Below the pieces are notes generated by a model. That model searched no databases. It had not been told where the DNA came from and was given only the letters and a program-made list of their open reading frames with translations. This document shows positions 9,166 through 18,772 of a DNA stretch of 64,000 bases, piece after piece. The stretch is from Patescibacteria group bacterium (GTDB lineage Bacteria; Patescibacteriota; Patescibacteriia; UBA9934). Positions within the stretch are counted from its first letter, which is position 1, and every line of letters starts with the position of its first letter. Position numbers and translations under genes: made by a program. The stretch covers positions 44,537 to 108,536 of the forward strand of contig JBAZXR010000001.1 in assembly GCA_041659765.1 (NCBI GenBank), in the 5' to 3' direction.

Positions 9166-9171
9166 GGTATA
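9166..9171 (+). promoter_or_regulatory. Consensus -10 box TATAAT upstream of the 9172/9181 ORF
   Basis: ggTATAATgcaacatATG; no SD, which suggests a leaderless transcript. Confidence 0.4.
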
Positions 9172-9678
9172 ATGCAACATATGCCTCATGGCCACTTCAT
9201 GCGCGGAACCAGGCTTGATTATCTATTGGTAATCGGGCTTTTGATAATTCTAGTGATTGTGATTGCGCTGGCGGTGAATCCTGTTCGTTCATTGTCACTT
9301 GCTCGAGACAGTCAGAGAAGCGATGACGTTCGCCAGATCATGACCTCTATTCTGACCCTCTCCCAGCAAAAGAGTGATAAATACGACGCCCTTCTTCGCC
9401 GGCTCAAGGCTAACGAGGGTGAGAAGTATCTCCTCGGCACTGGTTCCTCGTGCGCCGGCGACTGGGGGAGATTTTGTCCGACCGAACAGATCGCTGATAA
9501 CTGTCTGCCTCCCGAAGAAATCTTCCCAACTGCAGAAGACGCCCCAACTGACCCTTCTCATTCACTTTTCGGCTCCTTCGGCACCGGCTACTACGTCACT
9601 GCCCATGACGACATGATTGAGGTTGGTTCATGCGGGGCTGATACCGGCATTATTCAATTGGAGACTTTTGCCCCGTAG
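9172..9678 (+). CDS. Hypothetical membrane-anchored protein with Cys-containing C-terminal domain
   Basis: N-terminal TM segment (LDYLLVIGLLIILVIVIALAV); start ambiguous among ATGs at 9172, 9181 and 9199. Confidence 0.5.
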   Translation: MQHMPHGHFMRGTRLDYLLVIGLLIILVIVIALAVNPVRSLSLARDSQRSDDVRQIMTSILTLSQQKSDKYDALLRRLKANEGEKYLLGTGSSCAGDWGRFCPTEQIADNCLPPEEIFPTAEDAPTDPSHSLFGSFGTGYYVTAHDDMIEVGSCGADTGIIQLETFAP

Positions 9679-9716
9679 CTTTTGACGGAAAGACCACTTT
9701 CGACTACTATCTTGGC

Positions 9717-11741
9717 ATGAATATTTCGGAACTCGCGCGACGCCTACGGGTGTCCACAGAAGAATTGAGAAGCAAGCTGCCGGAGCTTGGTTTTGACATT
9801 GGAGGAAAGGCGTTGAAGATTCCAGATCGTGACGTGGGAAAGATTCAAAACGCCTGGCAGGATTTGAAAAAGCGCCAGTATCTCCAGAAGAAAATGGAGG
9901 ACCAGAAGCTTCGCGCTGAGAAGAAGCTCCAGGTGCTTTCTGGTACGGCTGAACACGTAAAGATTCCGGGCAAGATTACAGTGCGCGAGTTTTCGACTCT
10001 CCTGAACTTGCCGGTGCAGAAAGTGATGCAGGAACTGATGCGTTCCGGTATTTTGGCGTCTTTGAACGAGCCGATCGACTTTGAGTCAGCTTCTATTATT
10101 GCCGAGGACTTGGGCTTCATTGCCGAGCCTGCAGAACTTCAGACTGAGTCTTTGCTTGGTGCTGGTGAGGACAGACTTGCGAAGGCTCGTGAAGACGAGA
10201 AAGCAGTAGGCGCACACTTCGTGACGCGTCCTCCAGTTATTGTCGTCATGGGCCACGTTGACCACGGCAAGACATCGCTTCTCGACGTCATCCGTAAGGA
10301 GAACGTCATGGCTGGTGAAGCTGGCGGTATCACGCAGCACATTGGCGCGTACCAGGTTGTTCGCAATGATCGTCTTTTGACCTTCATCGACACCCCAGGT
10401 CACGAAGCGTTTACGGTTATGCGTTCCCGCGGTGCGAAAGTGGCGGACATTGCTATTCTAGTTGTCGCAGCGGACGACGGCGTACAGCCCCAGACCAAAG
10501 AAGCGGTAGATATTATTAAGGCCGCCAAGCTGCCGTTCATTGTTGCGATTAACAAGATCGATAAAGACAACGCGAACATGGAGCTCGTGAAGAGCCAGTT
10601 GGCAGAACTCGGCCTGGTCCCAGAAGATTGGGGAGGGAAGACGGTTTGTGTTCCTATTTCTGCAAAAAAGAATTTGCACATTGATCAGCTCCTCGACGTC
10701 TTGCTTCTCGTCACAGACATGGAGAAGGACAACATTGTTGCCAACCCAGAACGTAAGGCACTCGGAACGATTATCGAGTCCAGAATCGACAAAGGCCAGG
10801 GACCGGTGGCGACCATCATCGTTCAGACGGGAACATTGCGTGTCGGCGACGTGCTGTCTGTCGGCGGATATTTGTACGGCAAGGTTCGTGCTTTGACCAC
10901 CTATGACGGCAAGACGATTAAAGAAGCTTTGCCTTCTACACCGGTGAAGATTCTTGGCTTCAAAGCTGCACCGTCCGTTGGCGATATTCTCGAGGTCCCT
11001 GAAAATCCAGCTGAACTTGAAGACGTGCGTGAAGACGTAAAGCGTTCTAAGAGCGGTGCGCAGGATATTGGTACAAAGACCGCTAAGCCTGCTGAAGGTG
11101 CTGAAGAGGGCAAGACTGACAAGGTCTTTTTGAACCTCATGGTGAAAGCCGACGTACTTGGTTCCCTTGAAGCGCTCGTGGGTATGATTGAAAAGATTGA
11201 GAACCCGCACGTTGGGGTGAAGATTTCATCTAAGGGTCTTGGTAATATTACGGATGTAGACGTGGCCAAGGCAGAAGCGACGAACTCCGTTATCTACGGT
11301 TTCAACGTGAAGTCCAGCACTACTGCCGCTGATGCTGCTCGCACAAAGAACATTGATCTCGAGTTACATACGGTCATTTATCGAATCTTCGAGAATGTCG
11401 TCGAGCGTCTCAAGAAACTCATTCCGTCTGAGAACATTTATACGGAACTTGGTACGGGTGAAGTCCTCGCACTCTTCAAGAAGACAGAAAAAGGACAGAT
11501 TGTGGGCGCTAAGGTGAAGAAGGGCAAGTTTGTTCCTGGCGCTGTTGTCCGCGTGCTCCGTGCCGGCCAGATTATGGGCGAGGGACGCATTGAAGCCCTC
11601 CAGAGCGGCAAATCCACCGTCAAAGACGTTCTTGCTGGCCAGGATTGTGGACTTTCTTTCCAGGGCAAGACGAAGATTGAAGTTGGTGATACACTCGAAG
11701 CCTACAAAGAAGAACTGCAGGCCAGAACGCTTGCGGTATAA
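9717..11741 (+). CDS. infB: Translation initiation factor IF-2
   Basis: 674 aa; G domain [29 protein letters not shown]. Confidence 0.95.
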   Translation: MNISELARRLRVSTEELRSKLPELGFDIGGKALKIPDRDVGKIQNAWQDLKKRQYLQKKMEDQKLRAEKKLQVLSGTAEHVKIPGKITVREFSTLLNLPVQKVMQELMRSGILASLNEPIDFESASIIAEDLGFIAEPAELQTESLLGAGEDRLAKAREDEKAVGAHFVTRPPVIVVMGHVDHGKTSLLDVIRKENVMAGEAGGITQHIGAYQVVRNDRLLTFIDTPGHEAFTVMRSRGAKVADIAILVVAADDGVQPQTKEAVDIIKAAKLPFIVAINKIDKDNANMELVKSQLAELGLVPEDWGGKTVCVPISAKKNLHIDQLLDVLLLVTDMEKDNIVANPERKALGTIIESRIDKGQGPVATIIVQTGTLRVGDVLSVGGYLYGKVRALTTYDGKTIKEALPSTPVKILGFKAAPSVGDILEVPENPAELEDVREDVKRSKSGAQDIGTKTAKPAEGAEEGKTDKVFLNLMVKADVLGSLEALVGMIEKIENPHVGVKISSKGLGNITDVDVAKAEATNSVIYGFNVKSSTTAADAARTKNIDLELHTVIYRIFENVVERLKKLIPSENIYTELGTGEVLALFKKTEKGQIVGAKVKKGKFVPGAVVRVLRAGQIMGEGRIEALQSGKSTVKDVLAGQDCGLSFQGKTKIEVGDTLEAYKEELQARTLAV

Positions 11742-11746
11742 ACTCT

Positions 11747-12058
11747 ATGGAGCTCACTACAGCGAACTTTGATTCACAGATCACGCAGTCTACAACCCCA
11801 GTTGTCGTTGATTTCTGGGCCGTTTGGTGCGGACCATGCAAAGTCATGGGTCCACTCATTGATGAACTCGCCGCAGAAATGCCCGAGGTCTCCTATGCCA
11901 AAGTGAACGTGGATGAGAACTCCGAACTCGCTATGCGTTTCAACGTTCTCTCCATTCCCACCTTTGTGGTCATGAAGGGCGGCAGCGAGGTTGGCCGGTT
12001 TTCCGGAGCGATGAGTAAGGATGCGTTCAAGGAGAGAGTGAAACAAATCACGGGTTAG
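11747..12058 (+). CDS. trxA: Thioredoxin
   Basis: 103 aa; WCGPC active site. Confidence 0.9.
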   Translation: MELTTANFDSQITQSTTPVVVDFWAVWCGPCKVMGPLIDELAAEMPEVSYAKVNVDENSELAMRFNVLSIPTFVVMKGGSEVGRFSGAMSKDAFKERVKQITG

Positions 12059-12070
12059 TTATATTCCAAC

Positions 12071-12094
12071 CGCGCCCCGCAAGGGGCGTTTTTG
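12071..12094 (+). terminator. Intrinsic terminator after trxA
   Basis: CGCCCC-GCAA-GGGGCG followed by TTTTT. Confidence 0.7.
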
Positions 12095-12156
12095 GTTGAC
12101 GAAAGTCATTTTTTACTATTCAATGCTTCAGCATTTCCTGCGCTGGAGGTTTTACA

Positions 12157-12599
12157 TGCATCAAGCAGAAGGCTTTGACGGTCCTGTCCAACCGAAAGGA
12201 ACGCTTTTCGTGTTGGAGTCATTGTATCGGGCACATGGTGCTGAGGTGATGAGCGACTACATCATGGGAAGAGTGCGTCTTGGGGTGGGTCTTCGGCAGG
12301 CCGAGACACCTGAGGAATTCGCTACGGTTCTTCCGGCTTGGCGAGGCTGTCTGCTTCCTCCATCGACGTCGAGGTCGAGCTGGCGGTTTTGCAGACCCGA
12401 GCTCAAGCAGGGAAAATCGGATTCGCGTTATGGACGGTGGTTCTTCGGATCTTCTGTCTCGTACTTTGGGGTGTTGCGCGGGTTTTCCGGGTATCTCACT
12501 TGGACTCACCGCACCGGGGATTCTATTGGAGCGGGGATTCTGTGGGAGGAAGGTTGCTCTCCCGATCACGAATTTGCTTGGGAGATGTTCGGCTCATGA
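12157..12599 (+). CDS. Hypothetical protein in a GC-rich 550-bp unit; alternatively a structured noncoding RNA
   Basis: ATG 6 nt after GGAGG; stop 14 nt before a hairpin+T8 terminator. The second half is W/R/G/S-rich and not protein-like. Overlapping ORFs in three other frames are a low-stop-density artefact of the GC-rich sequence. Confidence 0.3.
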
Positions 12600-12612
12600 T
12601 CCATGACGTTCG

Positions 12613-12648
12613 CCTCAAGTCTTCGGACCTGGGGCGTTTCTTTTTTTT
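12613..12648 (+). terminator. Intrinsic terminator (hairpin + T8)
   Basis: CCTCAAGTC-TTCG-GACCTGGGG followed by CGTTTCTTTTTTTT. Confidence 0.55.
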
Positions 12649-12652
12649 GTTC

Positions 12653-12690
12653 ACAGTAAGGGTCGACGCATGGGTCGACCCTTACTGTGA
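12653..12690. repeat. Perfect 16-bp palindromic hairpin (CACAGTAAGGGTCGAC / GTCGACCCTTACTGTG); the central 22-mer recurs inside leuS
   Basis: Read directly: arms at 12653-12668 and 12675-12690 with a 6-nt loop. Confidence 0.7.
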
Positions 12691-12712
12691 GTAGTGCTAA
12701 ACTCCCTTCACT

Positions 12713-13636
12713 ATGGATCATCAATCTCTTGTCATCATCGGTTCTGGACCGGCGGGGTATACGGCAGCTATTTATGCGGCCCGAGCTATGCTTAAGCCGG
12801 TTTTATTTGCGGGGCGTGAACCCGGAGGCCAGCTCATGCTGACGAGCGAAGTGGAGAATTGGCCAGGCGAGCCGACCGGGGTGATGGGGACAGACCTCAT
12901 GGAGAAGCTGAAGAAGCAGGCTGAGAGATTTGATACGGTGATTTTCCAGGACGTGATTACGTCCGTAGATTTTTCGTCGAAACCTTTCACATTGAAGAGT
13001 GAAGGTGGCAAAGAGATGACAGCTGACGCGGTGATTATATCGACGGGCGCATCTGCGAAGTGGATCGGTTGTCCTGGTGAGCGAGAACTGCAGGGCAAAG
13101 GTGTTTCCGCTTGCGCCACCTGTGATGGCTTCTTCTTCCGCGGCAAGGAGATCGTCGTGGTCGGCGGAGGAGACTCGGCCATGGAAGAAGCGAACTTTTT
13201 GACCAGGTTTGCTTCCAAGGTAACGGTGATCCACCGCAGCGAATCATTCCGAGCCAGCAAGATCATGCTCGAACGCGCGCAGCAGAACCCGAAGATTTCC
13301 TTCATCATGGATACTACGGTAGAGGAAGTTCTCGGCGAAGAGAGCATTCGGGCGCTTAAACTCAAGAACACAAAGACCGGAGAAGTGAGCGAATTTCTGA
13401 CACAAGGGTTATTCGTGGCCATTGGCCACAAGCCGAATACGGAGTTATTTGTCGGCACCGTCACGCTCGACCAGAAGGGTTATATTGTGACGGAGGGTAA
13501 ATCTACAAAAACAAATATCCCCGGCGTGTTTGCGTGTGGAGATGTGATGGATCCGTATTACCGGCAGGCCGTTACGGCCGCGGGAACTGGGTGTATGGCG
13601 GCGCTAGAGGCAGAGCGGTTTTTGGCGGGGCACTAG
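12713..13636 (+). CDS. trxB: Thioredoxin reductase
   Basis: 307 aa; GSGPAGYTAAIYAARA, redox-active CATCDG. Confidence 0.9.
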   Translation: MDHQSLVIIGSGPAGYTAAIYAARAMLKPVLFAGREPGGQLMLTSEVENWPGEPTGVMGTDLMEKLKKQAERFDTVIFQDVITSVDFSSKPFTLKSEGGKEMTADAVIISTGASAKWIGCPGERELQGKGVSACATCDGFFFRGKEIVVVGGGDSAMEEANFLTRFASKVTVIHRSESFRASKIMLERAQQNPKISFIMDTTVEEVLGEESIRALKLKNTKTGEVSEFLTQGLFVAIGHKPNTELFVGTVTLDQKGYIVTEGKSTKTNIPGVFACGDVMDPYYRQAVTAAGTGCMAALEAERFLAGH

Positions 13637-14496
13637 AAAAGGCTATTTTTTATGGCTTTGGCGCCCCAGCGAGCTATCGTTTCACCGCGCCAAAGCAAGC
13701 TAAACAAAATGGCCGTAGCCGGGACAATTACATTTATAATTGGTTTTTTAAGAGGCGGGGCACTGATGGTTGCGGATACGGTTGCGGGGCTCGGGCAAAT
13801 GACGGTTTCAGATATTTGTTCCGTGCTTGGAACGGCCTCCGTTGGGAGCGTTTCGGTTGGGCAGATGGTCGGGACAGTTTCCGGACAGACTAATTGTTCG
13901 GGTATCGGGGCTGCAGACTTTGGCTCTGGGACGTAAATAATCACTGGAGCTGGCGTGGTGGTAGGAGATGGTGTTGGTTGTGCGGGCGGTGGAGGGGGAG
14001 CTGGATTTAGCGTGAAAGTGGCCGAGCCTAGTCCGCTCAAGAGTTCTGAGGCTAGGCCGTCGCCAGATAAAACAGATACGCCCGAGTACGAGATGGTGGC
14101 TGACCCCGTTGTGATCGGCACAAAGGTTATGATAGCCAGCGTAATGTTTGAACCATTTAATCCAGGGCGAGGCTGGCCGCCCGTAAAAGTAATGGTTCCG
14201 GCGTTGTTATCGAACCGCGGATTCATCACCCAAAGTGAGACAGCTGAACCGGAAGTTGAGATAGAGCTAACTTGTAGTTTGCCGGCGGGGAAGGTGATAG
14301 AAGCATCAACGGCGTTAGCGATAATCCCGTTTGTGTTGAGTTTAGCCACGACGCTAAAGCTCGCGCCGACCGTCCCTGAACCGGTTACTGGTGAAAAAAA
14401 TAGATCAGCAGCGTGACTGATATTCGGCCACGCTCCGAATACAAAAAATATAAGTCCAATAAAATTTAGGGCGAATATTTTCAGCGCTTTCGCCAT
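13633..14496 (-). CDS. Secreted/anchored surface protein, putative cohesin-like domain protein
   Basis: Signal peptide (MAKALKIFALNFIGLIFFVFGAWPNISHA), ~150-aa beta-rich domain, Pro/Thr-rich linker, C-terminal hydrophobic anchor. Start overlaps the upstream gene by 16 nt. Confidence 0.55.
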   Translation of the reverse strand: MAKALKIFALNFIGLIFFVFGAWPNISHAADLFFSPVTGSGTVGASFSVVAKLNTNGIIANAVDASITFPAGKLQVSSISTSGSAVSLWVMNPRFDNNAGTITFTGGQPRPGLNGSNITLAIITFVPITTGSATISYSGVSVLSGDGLASELLSGLGSATFTLNPAPPPPPAQPTPSPTTTPAPVIIYVPEPKSAAPIPEQLVCPETVPTICPTETLPTEAVPSTEQISETVICPSPATVSATISAPPLKKPIINVIVPATAILFSLLWRGETIARWGAKAIKNSLF

Positions 14497-15365
14497 ACGA
14501 TCTGTTTGGTGACGATTACGAAGGCAATTATACCAACGATGATGAACCAATAGGTCAAGCTAGCATACCAAGCTTTAGGATGAAGCGGCGAAACGTGAAC
14601 TGTTCTGATGTTTCCGGCCTTATCTACGGCCCGTACGTTAAACGCCGAGCTGACCGATTGATCCTTGAGCGGGTAGGGATTAGTAACCCGCACCCACGGG
14701 GTGAAGAAGCCTAAAAGTCCGCCAGCTGGTTCTTGGATTTCATAATGGTCTATTCCAGTACCTTTGTCCTGCGCCACAAAGAAGACCGTCCAGGCATTTT
14801 TGTAGAGCGCTGGAATGTTTGATATTTCCGGGATAAATGGTTCCGGCGGAATGACGTCAGTAAGCGGAGGGATGGTGATGTTTCGGCGAACATCCGGTGC
14901 CAAGACATCTATGCTTGAGTTGCTGATGGAGATCTTTGCAGCTGTTCCTTGCCCGTCATTTTTAAGGAAGAGAGGATCTTTGATTTGAATAGTTCCTTGG
15001 CCTTGGCCAGCGGCGGTGAAGACGACAGAGAAGAGCAGTCCTCGAGCACCAGTGAACCCACCGGGCGTCATCCCGGCAAAATGAATTTCTTGGCCGTTGA
15101 CTTTTGGTTCCTCGACCCAATAGTTAATGATTGACCCGGTGGTGCGAACTTCTTTCACTGCAATAATCTCTTGGGGAAACGACAAAATACCTGAGAATGT
15201 ATTGATTGATTCATTTCCGGTGTTGATGGTGATGTCCGTTTGAAATTCGGCATTCTCGATGACTGATTTTTGTTCTGGGAGGACAGTAACTTGCGCAGCA
15301 AAAAGATTGAGCGGCGAGACAATCGCCGTGAGGGACATGACCACGATGATGTATAGGTATCGCAT
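14481..15365 (-). CDS. Secreted/anchored surface protein, putative cohesin-like domain protein (second)
   Basis: Signal peptide MRYLYIIVVMSLTAIV, beta-rich domain, C-terminal TM (WFIIVGIIAFVIV) with basic tail; same architecture as the neighbouring gene. Confidence 0.55.
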   Translation of the reverse strand: MRYLYIIVVMSLTAIVSPLNLFAAQVTVLPEQKSVIENAEFQTDITINTGNESINTFSGILSFPQEIIAVKEVRTTGSIINYWVEEPKVNGQEIHFAGMTPGGFTGARGLLFSVVFTAAGQGQGTIQIKDPLFLKNDGQGTAAKISISNSSIDVLAPDVRRNITIPPLTDVIPPEPFIPEISNIPALYKNAWTVFFVAQDKGTGIDHYEIQEPAGGLLGFFTPWVRVTNPYPLKDQSVSSAFNVRAVDKAGNIRTVHVSPLHPKAWYASLTYWFIIVGIIAFVIVTKQIVWRKR

Positions 15366-15367
15366 AG

Positions 15368-16429
15368 CTATCCTGTCCACCAATATGCAATGATACTTAT
15401 ATCAACCAAGTTCAAACGGCCATCGCCGTTACCGTGGCGAATTTCTAGAATTTTAAATGCGTCTGAGAGTTGCTCTTTGTACCAGTAGAGGCCAATGGAG
15501 AAATCTACTAAATTGACGCGTTGATCCTCATTGTAGTCGCCGGGCATGTAGATGATTGGGGCTGCGCCAAGGGTGAAAGACATGGGGAGACTGAGCGTGC
15601 TAGTCAGATTATTGAGGCTGGCCTGTGCGGTTACAGAGTATGCTCCTGCTAGTCTTAAGGCGGTCGTATTGAATGTAGCGGCGTAAGCACCGTTTGAATT
15701 TGCAGTTACCTGTTGCGTGGCTAGTAATGTTCCTGCGGGAGATGAGAGATTGATCGTGATGGCTGCCCTGGGGGTGCTTTGACCGGTGATTTTAAGCTGG
15801 TCTCCGGGCAAGATGACGGTGGAGACCGGGTTAATACTTGGAGAGATGAAGATATTTGGCGTGGTAACGGTGCCTCCGTTGGCCGTGAGGGTGACGGTTG
15901 TTAACGCCGAGAAGTTGCCAGCGCTATCCGTAGCTTGAAAACCAAAGGTATAGGTTCCGTTTATAAAATTATTCGCTTTAATCAAGAATTCGCCAACTGC
16001 ATCCGCCGTAGTGGTGCCAAATTTTTGTCCGTCTTTAAGGAGGGTGATCGGGCTGCTTGGATAGGCTAGTCCGGTAAAGATTTCATTAGTTGAAGAAACC
16101 ACCACGAGTGGAGTGGAACCGCCGCCGGTTGAGGCGATAGCTGAACATGAGGCAGTATTAAGTGTGCAGCTAGCTGAGCAGCTGATAGAGCCACCGGCGT
16201 AACCTTCAGTGACACAAGTATGGCTGTTCATGTTTGCGCCATCACAGTCTTCCCCAATCTGGATGATGCCGTCGCCACAGCCAAGCACTGTGGCCGTAAC
16301 AGTCACAGTTTCCGTGATGTCTGCTTTAGTTAATTCAACAAAACGCCAAACTCCCGCCGTTAGTAATATGACAGCGAGAGCTATGACTAAAAAACCATGT
16401 GGCCTGTGATTAGACTTGCGTCTTCGCAT
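15368..16429 (-). CDS. Surface protein with Cys-rich N-terminal region, Ig-like domains and a C-terminal dockerin-like domain
   Basis: C-terminus has two Ca-binding dockerin repeats, DYNEDQRVNLVD and GNGDGRLNLVD (pattern D-x-N-x-D-G-x-V-N-x-x-D). N-terminal TM/signal anchor. Confidence 0.6.
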   Translation of the reverse strand: MRRRKSNHRPHGFLVIALAVILLTAGVWRFVELTKADITETVTVTATVLGCGDGIIQIGEDCDGANMNSHTCVTEGYAGGSISCSASCTLNTASCSAIASTGGGSTPLVVVSSTNEIFTGLAYPSSPITLLKDGQKFGTTTADAVGEFLIKANNFINGTYTFGFQATDSAGNFSALTTVTLTANGGTVTTPNIFISPSINPVSTVILPGDQLKITGQSTPRAAITINLSSPAGTLLATQQVTANSNGAYAATFNTTALRLAGAYSVTAQASLNNLTSTLSLPMSFTLGAAPIIYMPGDYNEDQRVNLVDFSIGLYWYKEQLSDAFKILEIRHGNGDGRLNLVDISIIAYWWTG

Positions 16430-17402
16430 GTGCCCTCTTAATAATCCAGCGGTTATACCGCGTTATAAAGATTATACCAAGAACTAGGGCCACGAAGAGC
16501 GCGGAAATAATGAGTATGAGTGCATGCCACGGAATCATCCAGAATGAGACCTTGGCGTCAGTAGTTTTCCCGTCGGTTCCGTATTCGAGATGAAGTTTTG
16601 CGGTGAATCGGCCGAGGTGAAAATGCGTCAATTCATATTTCACTTGGGATGCAAAACTTAATTCCTCTGGATACTTTATTTCGCTGCCCTGGGAATCCTT
16701 TTCGTTCCAGTATGTTGTTAGCCTCCGGATGCTATCGGGAAGCACGTTGCCATCAGTTGGGTTTGCGTTGAACTCCGTTGTTTTAAGACCGAAAGTATTC
16801 CTAATGGTGACGGTTCCGGATGGTTTTACACGGTCTATACCGGTATTCTTAAAACGATACCAGAAGTCGACCGGCGGGGCAGTGAAGAAAGTCTGATTAT
16901 GTTTAATGCCGAATTCGAGAAGATTTCCTCCCTCCAGAATATCTCCAGAGATACGGAGAAGCATGAGTATTCCGACCTTTGCTCCAAGAGCAACTTCGCC
17001 GGTATTTAGTTCATCCGGTGGAACAGTATTCCAGAATATAGCGGCAAAATTTCCACCAGGGGCGGCGTCATTCGGAATCTCTACTGTGTACGGGACGGTG
17101 AGGCGCTCATGCGGCCCCAGGGTGACTGAGTCGCGGATGGTTATCCAGGTCGGCAGACCCTCTGTTACTTTGGAGAAGACGGGGTTTCCGGATTCTCCTT
17201 CGGCGTCAAACCGCTCGAAGGAAGAGTAATAGGTTATTTCTTTGTCTTCTTCATTTAAAAGAATGATTTCGCCGGTGATGGTTTTGCCTGGATCTCCAAT
17301 TGTTTCAAGCTTAACTGGAGAAACGGTCAGCGCGAATGCATTTTGTGTTAACAGCAAAATGCCGATAACAGATCCAAACATGCCCAAAAGCATTTTTTTC
17401 AT
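16410..17402 (-). CDS. Cell-surface protein with signal peptide and C-terminal TM anchor (DUF916-like architecture)
   Basis: 330 aa; N-terminal signal MKKMLLGMFGSVIGILLLTQNAFA, C-terminal TM followed by basic tail RYNRWIIKRAHAK. Architecture resembles CscA/DUF916 proteins of monoderm surface clusters. Confidence 0.5.
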   Translation of the reverse strand: MKKMLLGMFGSVIGILLLTQNAFALTVSPVKLETIGDPGKTITGEIILLNEEDKEITYYSSFERFDAEGESGNPVFSKVTEGLPTWITIRDSVTLGPHERLTVPYTVEIPNDAAPGGNFAAIFWNTVPPDELNTGEVALGAKVGILMLLRISGDILEGGNLLEFGIKHNQTFFTAPPVDFWYRFKNTGIDRVKPSGTVTIRNTFGLKTTEFNANPTDGNVLPDSIRRLTTYWNEKDSQGSEIKYPEELSFASQVKYELTHFHLGRFTAKLHLEYGTDGKTTDAKVSFWMIPWHALILIISALFVALVLGIIFITRYNRWIIKRAHAKTQV

Positions 17403-17522
17403 ATCAGGTTACTGGTGATCCAGTCTAGACCTATACTCCCAATTCCATTGGGCGTTGTCCACGGAGCAGTCCACACGCCTGAAAAGAAAAAGGCCGCCAC
17501 GGGCGGCATTTTTTGTGTTTAA

Positions 17523-18677
17523 TTAGAATGTTCCGGTGGCTACGTAATTAATCGTAGTGGTGTATGTACCTGCTTCTGTGGAGCCGGTGATGTTCGCCAC
17601 ATAGATGGCGTCGTAGGTTGAGGTTGCAGACGGCCCGGTAGAAGACGCGACTTGGTCTCCAACGTATGTGCTCATGCTGGCCGTGTCATATGCGTATCCA
17701 GCTGCCGCGTAAGGCGACGTTACCGTGCCTGAGCCACCGGCGACTGTGTAGCGTACGCCGAACTGTTCGGTGCCAACCGAGGAAGCGCTATTGGCTGCGC
17801 CGATTGCGGTGATTGTGGGGTTGCCTGCGGATGAGGAAGTCAGGGTGGATCCGTTTATAGTGACCGCGAATCCGCTGACGGCGTTTGTGGCTACGGCAAA
17901 GGTATGGGCAGTAGCCGCAGTAGAAGATCCGTTGGTGTCGCCTGTTGCAAAACGGTCATCGGCTGAATCCAGGGGACCAAAACCGATAGTGTTATCGCTG
18001 ACAGCGAAGGTGAGAGTTGAGTTCACAGTTGCCGTCACTACTACGTCAGCGTTAGTTTCAATGACTATTGCCCCCTGGCCACTGGTGGTGTTACCGGTGG
18101 CATATGTGATGGTGTAAAGAGAGGAATCTACATCAACATTATTTGAGATAGTGCCAGCGCCTGTGGCTGTTGTACCAAACACGCGAAAAGTTGTAGCGGT
18201 AGCGGCAGTATTAGCTACCCAACCGGAACAGAACGTGATAGTGAAGGTTTCATTAGTGTCATCAATTGTAACCATGTAATTATCTGTAGCTGTACAGGAA
18301 GGAGCTGCGCCCACTGTCAGCGGGGCTGTAGCAGTGTGGTTAGTGTCTGTAAAAGCAAAATCGGCCGTGACCCATGAAGCCGCTGCCAGGAATGAAAAAT
18401 TGGCGGAGGCGAAATCAATTGTGATAGTGCCGCCGGTAAGGTTCTGTCCAGTGCTGGTCCAAGAAAGGGTGTGGTTTGAAGTGGCACTTGGCGCCTGATC
18501 CGTCATGACGTCTGAGATCGCGCTGATGCCGGCGGCGTAAGCGATCGGAGTAAACGCCCCAAGCAATGGACCTATGACCATGGCAGCGATCGCCACCATC
18601 AAGCTGAGGCTGGATTTTATACTTTTATTAAACGAATCCGTGCTCATACGTAATAATTTGAATCCAGCGTTTATCAT
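17523..18677 (-). CDS. Secreted Thr/Ala/Gly-rich beta-rich surface protein (paralog A)
   Basis: 384 aa; signal peptide with AYA|AG site. C-terminal ~150 aa are paralogous to the 18773-19612 product (ATGDTNGS..AHT.A..T.A..GYA.T..G.TLT...TITAIG..N...GTEQFG.R.T.AGG.GTVTSPYAA.G.AY...TGTF). Confidence 0.6.
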   Translation of the reverse strand: MINAGFKLLRMSTDSFNKSIKSSLSLMVAIAAMVIGPLLGAFTPIAYAAGISAISDVMTDQAPSATSNHTLSWTSTGQNLTGGTITIDFASANFSFLAAASWVTADFAFTDTNHTATAPLTVGAAPSCTATDNYMVTIDDTNETFTITFCSGWVANTAATATTFRVFGTTATGAGTISNNVDVDSSLYTITYATGNTTSGQGAIVIETNADVVVTATVNSTLTFAVSDNTIGFGPLDSADDRFATGDTNGSSTAATAHTFAVATNAVSGFAVTINGSTLTSSSAGNPTITAIGAANSASSVGTEQFGVRYTVAGGSGTVTSPYAAAGYAYDTASMSTYVGDQVASSTGPSATSTYDAIYVANITGSTEAGTYTTTINYVATGTF

Positions 18678-18772
18678 TATTATTATATCAGCAATAGTTA
18701 TTAACTATGGAGAGTGGGGAGTGAATGTTGATAACTAATTTATGTCAGTATGAGTGTGGATTAAGTAAAAGG

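Noticed and set aside
9199-9260. Type IV prepilin signal (G|FTLIE) in the 9172-9678 product
   Set aside because: The sequence MRGTRLDYLLVIGLL has Gly then a hydrophobic stretch but lacks the conserved Glu at +5 and the F/M at +1. Treated as a generic N-terminal TM anchor.
12096-12599. 167-aa ORF starting at TTG 12096, and three other overlapping ORFs (12280-12606, 12338-12694, minus 12219-12569)
   Set aside because: All frames are open simultaneously because the segment is ~60% GC with few stop codons. Translations are Trp/Arg/Gly/Ser-biased. Only the ATG at 12157 has an RBS, so a single low-confidence CDS was kept and the others discarded.
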